Positions 57,909 to 64,000 of a DNA stretch of 64,000 nucleotides are shown piece after piece. The translations under genes and the position numbers were made by a program. Positions within the stretch are counted from its first letter, which is position 1. Each line of letters begins with the position of its first letter. The stretch is from Squalus acanthias. Its lineage: Eukaryota. The stretch covers positions 142,168,001 through 142,232,000 of the forward strand of contig CM059431.1 of assembly GCA_030390025.1 (NCBI GenBank), in the 5' to 3' direction. The notes below the pieces were generated by a model. It searched no databases. It worked only from the letters and a program-made list of their open reading frames with translations, and was not told where the DNA came from.

Positions 57909-58605
57909 ACATTACTGCTCCATATGACAATTTTTGGCCGATTTTCTGCCCCACCACTTTAAGCGGCCGCGCTCCGGGTTTAAATCCTATCGGCCCCTTT
58001 AAGGGTTTCCAGCTCGAGCTGAGCGAGCGTCATCTCCCATTGTGAGGTCAGAGGCCCAGCCACAGGGTCACGTGACTCAGCCGCCCGGCCCCACAGCGCT
58101 GCTTCTGCAGGATATCCGGGGCTGAATGTTCCCCAATGGGGCACTGGGGAAATGCACAGACAGGAAGGGCCCAGGGTGGGGCTCAGTCAGGGCTGAAGTG
58201 GGACGCTGACAATTGCACTCAGTATTCCTGGGTTTTGGGTAACATTACCCGAGTTACCGCTCAGTATCAATGACCAGTGGCCCTGCTGGGAAGTGAACCA
58301 GAGTGGGTTCAGGATAGGGAATGGGTCTTTTCAGCTGGGATGAATTCCACCATCTAATAGGAACCAATACCCACTCTCTGGGGTGACCCAGGGTGAGTAT
58401 CCTATTGGGGAGGTTCCTGAGCATATTGCACCTGTGAAATCTGACTTATATTTTAAAATGTTTTCTGCCTTCCCAAAATAAGGAAACATTTGCTGAAACG
58501 ATGTATTTAGTGCAGAATCTGTTCCATTGCTATTCCTGGTATTTTCACACTGACGGGTGAATTTCTAAACAGCTGTATCTACACACGGGGACTGGAAGAG
58601 TGTCA

Positions 58606-58611
58606 AATAAA
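58606..58611 (+). terminator. Candidate polyadenylation signal AATAAA for the NLR
   Basis: AATAAA ~700 nt after the stop codon; another at ~58955. Confidence 0.35.
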
Positions 58612-59384
58612 GAACATGAAGTGGCAAATTTACCCACCCGCTCAAAGAGTAACCAGTTGTGAAAGTTCAGTGAGCCAGTGGAAACTCGACTGCAGTAAAT
58701 GCACAGGACCCACATAGGCCCCCACAGTCTGAATCACTCTGGGCCTAAAAACCAGACCGTGGTCTAAATACAGAGCAGGATCGTCCGCATTTAGGTGGAG
58801 AGAGGATAGGTTGACATTTTGGGTCATGTTGCTTGTGATGTAACTCTTTTGTAACTATTTTCCAGATAGTGATTGACCTGCTGTACATTATTCACTGTTT
58901 TATTTTACATTCACACCAGATGCAGTCTGTTTCCTTCTCTCCTCACTCTGGTATAATAAATAGCGAAGTTTCACTGTATTTATCAGATGTCAAAAATCAC
59001 GGGATGGGAACTAATAATCCATTGTAATCAGCAATGACCAGGTTGGAACAACAAGCACACACAAGCATAATGATTCGGAGTTCTATATCACCTGAGCCAC
59101 AGACTGACAGAGCGAGGGGCTGAGGGACCTGACTCTGTGGTTTAGTGTAAATATCAAAAGTCAAAAATGTCATTTATCTTACAGTAATTAGGAAATACTA
59201 CATATATAGTAGGTAGAAAAATACTTGCATTTTATAACACAATTCATGTACTTTTGAGTTGCAGTCAAATTTAATGTAGACAATCCCACCAACCAATTAA
59301 TGCTCATAACCACAAATTGCAATGAGAGAAATGGCTGTTTAATGGAGTAGATTTTAACCATCAGGTTAGAACACTATAGTGGTA

Positions 59385-60884
59385 ATAAGAGCAGGAGTAG
59401 GCCATACGGCCGTCGAGCCTGCTCCACCATTCAATAAGATCATAGCTAATCAGCAACCTCAATTCCACTTTCCCGCCCGATCTCTATATCCCTTGATTCC
59501 CCATGAGTCCAAAAATCTATCTATCTCTGCCTTGAATATACTCAAACATTCAGCATTCACAGCCCTCTGGGGCAAGAAATTCCTCCTTATCTCAGTCTTA
59601 AATGGCCGACCCCTTATCCTGAGACTATGCCCCATAGTTCTAGACACGCCAGCCAGGGGAAACAACCTCTCAGCATCTACCCTGTCAATCCCCTTCAGAA
59701 TCTTGTGTGTTTCAATGAGATCACCTCTCATTCTTCTAGACTCCAGAGAGTATCGGCCCATTCTGCACAATCTATCTGCATAGGACAGCCCTCTCATCCC
59801 AGGAATCAATCTAGTGAACTTGCGTTGCACCGCCTCCAAGACAAGTATATCCTTCCTTAGATAAGGAGACCAAAACTGTACACAGTACTCCAGGTGTGGT
59901 CTCACCAAGGCCCTGTACAATTGTAGCAAGACTTCCTTACTGTTATACTTCAACCACCTTGTAATAAAGGCCAATATGCCATTTGCCTTCCTTATTGCTT
60001 GCTGTACCTGCATGCTAGCTTTCTGTGTTTCTTGCACGAGGACACCCAAATCTCTGAACACCAACATTTGAAAGTTTCTCACCATTTAAAATATTCTGTT
60101 TTTCTATTCTTCCTACCAAAGTGAATAACCTCACATTTCCCTACATTATACTCCATCTGCCACCTTACTGCCCACTCACTTGGTCTATCTGTATCCCTTT
60201 GCAGACACTTTGTTCTCACAGCTTACTGTCCCACCTAGCTTTGTATCATAAGCAAACTTGGATACATTACACTCTTTCCCTTCATCTAGGTCATTAATAT
60301 AGATTGTAAATAGCTGAGGCCCCAACACTGATCCTTGCGGCACCCCACTAGTTACAGCCTGCTAACCTGAAAAAGATCCGTTTATCCCTACTCTCTCTTT
60401 TCTGTCCATTAACCAATCCTCTATCCATGCTACTATATTACCCCCAACCCCATGAGCCCTAATCTTGTGTAATAATCTTTTATGTGGCATTTTATCGAAT
60501 GCCTTTTAGTAATCCAAATATACTCCATCCACTGGTTCCCCATTATCTACCCTGCTAGTTACATCCTCAAAAAATGAATAAGTTGGTCAAAGTCGATTTT
60601 CTTTTCATAAAACCATGTTGACTCTGCCTAATCATGTTATGATTTTCTAAGTGACTTGATATCACTTACTTAACAATGGATTCCAGCATTTTCCCAAAAA
60701 CTGATGTCAGGCTAACTGGCCTGTAATTCCCTGCTTTTTCTCTTCCCTCCTTTCTTGAATAGCGGTGTTACATTTGCGACCTTCCAATCCGCCCGCTGGA
60801 ACCATTCCAGAATCTGGGGAATTTTGGAAGACCAAAGCCAATGCATCCTCTATCTTTTCAGCCACCTCTTTTAGAACCCTAGGA
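59385..60884 (-). mobile_element. CR1 LINE 3' fragment
   Basis: ORF 59459..60085 has the CR1 C-terminal motifs; colinear with 10160-11700. Confidence 0.93.
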
Positions 60885-61275
60885 TAGTATAGTGGTTATG
60901 TTACTGGACGAGTAAATCCCGAGGCTGTGCTAATAACCAAAAAGAACATGAGCTCAGATGGCAGTTTCAGAATTTAAATTCAGTTTAAACAAAACTGGAA
61001 TTGAAAAAGAACTGAGATCAGTGACCATTAATCTGTCTGAGTTTAATTAAAAACAAGTTCACCAATATTTTTGGAAAGGAAATCTGCTGTCCTTACCTGG
61101 TCTGGTCTGTGTATAACTCCAGTCCCTCACTAGTGTGGGTGACTGTTATGTTAGCTGTCTCTGAAGTGCCCAAGTGGGCCACTCAATTGTATCAAACAGC
61201 TACATCAGCAGTTCAAGAGGAAGGCCCACCAGCACCTTCTCAGGGCAATTAATGGGGCCCAACCAGCGACACCCA
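60885..61275 (+). mobile_element. SINE with LINE-derived tail
   Basis: Same family as 20225-20645. Confidence 0.65.
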
Positions 61276-61514
61276 AAGCTTGAGAATGGATGGAGACAAA
61301 TTTGTCACTGGCGTAAAATTCGTGTTTCGGAAATGGAAATGAACGGTCTGTGTGAGGCCGCCGATTTCTGACGCCAGTTTCACACCCGAGCAGTATGTTG
61401 AGAGATAAATGTCCATGCAGCCACTGGGGAACTCCCCATCTCTTGTATTAGTGCTGTTGGATCTGCTAGGCCCACTTGTACAGGCAGATCGCCCTGGATT
61501 AACATCGCATTGGT

Positions 61515-61992
61515 GAAAGCAACAGTCAATGGGAAAGAGAAGCGGGCCGAGCCAACAATGAGCCGCCAATTCGGGGAAAGCCACAGTCTTTGGGAAAGAG
61601 AATCGGGCCGAGCCCACAGTGAGCCGCCAATTCGGGGAAAGCCACAGTGAGTGGGAAACAGAATCGGGCCGAGCCCACAATGAGCCTCCGATTGGGTGAG
61701 AGCCACAGTCACTGGGAAAGAGAATCGGGCTGTGCCCACAATGAGCCGCTGATTGGGTGAGAGCCACAGTCACTGGGAAAGAGAATCGGGCCGAGCCCAC
61801 AATGAGCTGCCGATTGGGTGAGAGCCACAGTCAATGGGAAAGAGAATCGGGCCGAGCCCACAATGAGCTGCCGATTGGGTGAGAGCCACAGTCAATGGGA
61901 AACAGAATCGGGCCGAGCCCACAATTAGTTGCCGATTGGGTGAGAGCCACAGTCACTGGGAAAGAGAATCAGGCCGAGCCCACAATGAGCCG
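61515..61992. repeat. 61-bp tandem repeat, ~7.5 copies
   Basis: GGGAAA(G/C)AGAA starts at 61531, 61592, 61653, 61714... Confidence 0.93.
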
Positions 61993-63254
61993 CGGATTCG
62001 CTATCGCCCGAGGTGAATTTCTCCTCCAATCTGTTGCACAGTCTGACGATCTAATGCTGTTAATTCATCAGATCCCCAAATAGTCAATCCTAAATTAATC
62101 TACCCAGTCTGCAGTCATCTCACACACTGATCTCAACTAGAATGTGATAATCAGCGATCCAGCTAATGCTGAATTATGGTGATACACTGAGCTGTTTATA
62201 AAACCTTTCTTATTCATGGTGTTAATTGTCTGCCTATTAATTGGGTGTTATTACAATTGCTCGGCGAACCTGTCTACATCTGTTTCTACTTAAGAATTAT
62301 TATTATACCCAATGTTTATATAATGATAATTATGATTTGGGAGTCAGTAAACAGTTGTGATTGGATGATTTGCTGTCTGACTTCTTTGAAGATTTGGCAA
62401 GAAAGCTTTAATTCATTCACTCAATAGCTTGTGGGGATCCTAATTGAGAGTTGGTGAGGTGAACTCATACTCAGTCGGAACTGGGAGATATAAGACAGTT
62501 CAGCGAGCAATATTAGGCATCATTCACTTCTAGACATAGGCTGGGAGGTAAAACCCAGACGGCCCCTCACTGAGGAGGTAAGGTTAAAGGTTAATCTGCT
62601 CCCTTGACATGTATTTTTTGGGACAATGAATACCAACGTCTAACAGGGGCTTATAACACACAGTCTCTGGTTTAGAAGCGACTATGCTATCACTGATCCA
62701 CAGCTAACGGGATTAAATCTAAATCCATCTGTATGAATGAGACATGCAGCAGATGTCAAGCTATGAATAGGATTGTAGGTACAATGTACATAAAGATCTC
62801 AGAGAAACAGCATGTGGTCTAGGTGAATACCCCAGGTTCAGTACTGAGTATTGAACCAGTGCCTGGCGGCTGACAGGATGGGAAAAGCCGAACCTCAGGT
62901 GTACAGGTACAAACCCAGGGGTCAGTCCGCCCAGTGAGGAGAAGAGGACACAGCTGCTCATCTCCTCAAGTTATCCAATCCTCTATTGGCATCAACAACC
63001 CAACCTCAATATTTCCGGATCAAATGAGAAAAATCTTTCCTTGTTGGTTATCTGCTAAACCAGAGACCAAATGCCAAACCTGCTCTGACTCTCTGGTAAC
63101 ATGCAGCTGAACCCCCCGCCCCTTCCCCTCACCCCCACCGAACTCCACTATCGAATGAAAGCCTCTGCCTGATCTAACCAAGCACTCTCAGCCGCAGTTA
63201 TGCCACAATAGAAACAGTCCACCCTTTCTGGAGAACCACACGGAGGGAGAGCGG

Positions 63255-63475
63255 GAAGAGCTCTCTCTTTCTCTTTCTCCATCTCTATTGGTTTACCTCT
63301 CCCCTATTCCTATCTTCTCTCTCCCTCTCTGTTTTTCCTTAAATATCTTTTTCTTTCTTTGCTTTTGTTTCCTCTAATCTTCCAGCTCTCTCTTTGACAG
63401 TCACTCATTTTCTTTCTCTGTCCCGCTCTATCTTTCCGCCACTCTCTATCAATTGTCTCTCTATCTCCCTCTATA
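63255..63475. repeat. CT-rich low-complexity tract
   Basis: Direct reading. Confidence 0.75.
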
Positions 63476-63477
63476 GG

Positions 63478-63750
63478 TAAGAACTGGGCAATTCAGCCCA
63501 TTGAGCCTGTTCTGACATTCAATTAGATCATGGTTGATCGCTATCCTTATTCCATCTACCACCTTGTTTCCTTAACCCAACAAGAATCGATCTATCTCAA
63601 TTTTGAACATTTCGACTGAACCCCAGCCTCAACAGCTTTTTGGGGAGAGAGTTCTAGATCTCCACTGTCCTCTGTGTGAAGAAGTGTTTTCTGGCATCAC
63701 TCCTGAATTTTCCTAGCTCTAATTGTTCTGGTCTCTCCCACCAGAGGAAA
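63478..63750 (-). mobile_element. Old CR1 3' end fragment
   Basis: Matches the CR1 3' UTR at 10170-10470. Confidence 0.7.
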
Positions 63751-64000
63751 TGTCAAACATTGCCTGAACAAAGCCACAGCTCCTCCAAAAGGCAAGGTTG
63801 TGACGGTGAGGGAATGTTCATCAATAGACCAAAAACAAACCATCTCTCCATGTCTGGCCCTCACTGTTCATCTGACGGTCAGTCACCCCCTGGGGCTAAG
63901 GGAAATAAATCTTTCTGCTTCCCTTTACAACACGGATATACCTGATCTCATCGTAACCTGTGTATCTCAATTTGAGGACTTTCTGCAAAGCTCTAATGTG

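Overview
This is eukaryotic, intron-rich vertebrate DNA, not prokaryotic. The CR1/L2 LINE and SINE landscape and the style of the NLR suggest a cartilaginous fish (inference). Two spliced genes can be rebuilt by hand with consistent GT-AG sites and exon phases, and they lie head-to-head. (1) Minus strand, 29941->4815: 11 exons of an uncharacterised P-loop GTPase of the dynamin/EHD-like type, with a helical region and two C-terminal hydrophobic helices. Its first coding exon was not found, and one exon carries a 1-nt frameshift. (2) Plus strand, ~40868->57908: a 12-coding-exon NLR (CARD-like death-fold + NACHT + ribonuclease-inhibitor-type LRRs, ~1064 aa). It has an ATA in a Kozak context where the start codon is expected and a sensor-1 Arg->His change. 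Between the two genes lie a 9.3-kb 28-bp satellite, a 200-N assembly gap and a CpG-rich promoter-like segment. The rest is CR1/L2-type LINE fragments, SINEs, palindromic MITEs, a hAT-like MITE and minisatellites of 48, 67, 39, 86 and 61 bp. Most ORFs in the supplied track are TE-derived, repeat-derived or exon read-throughs.
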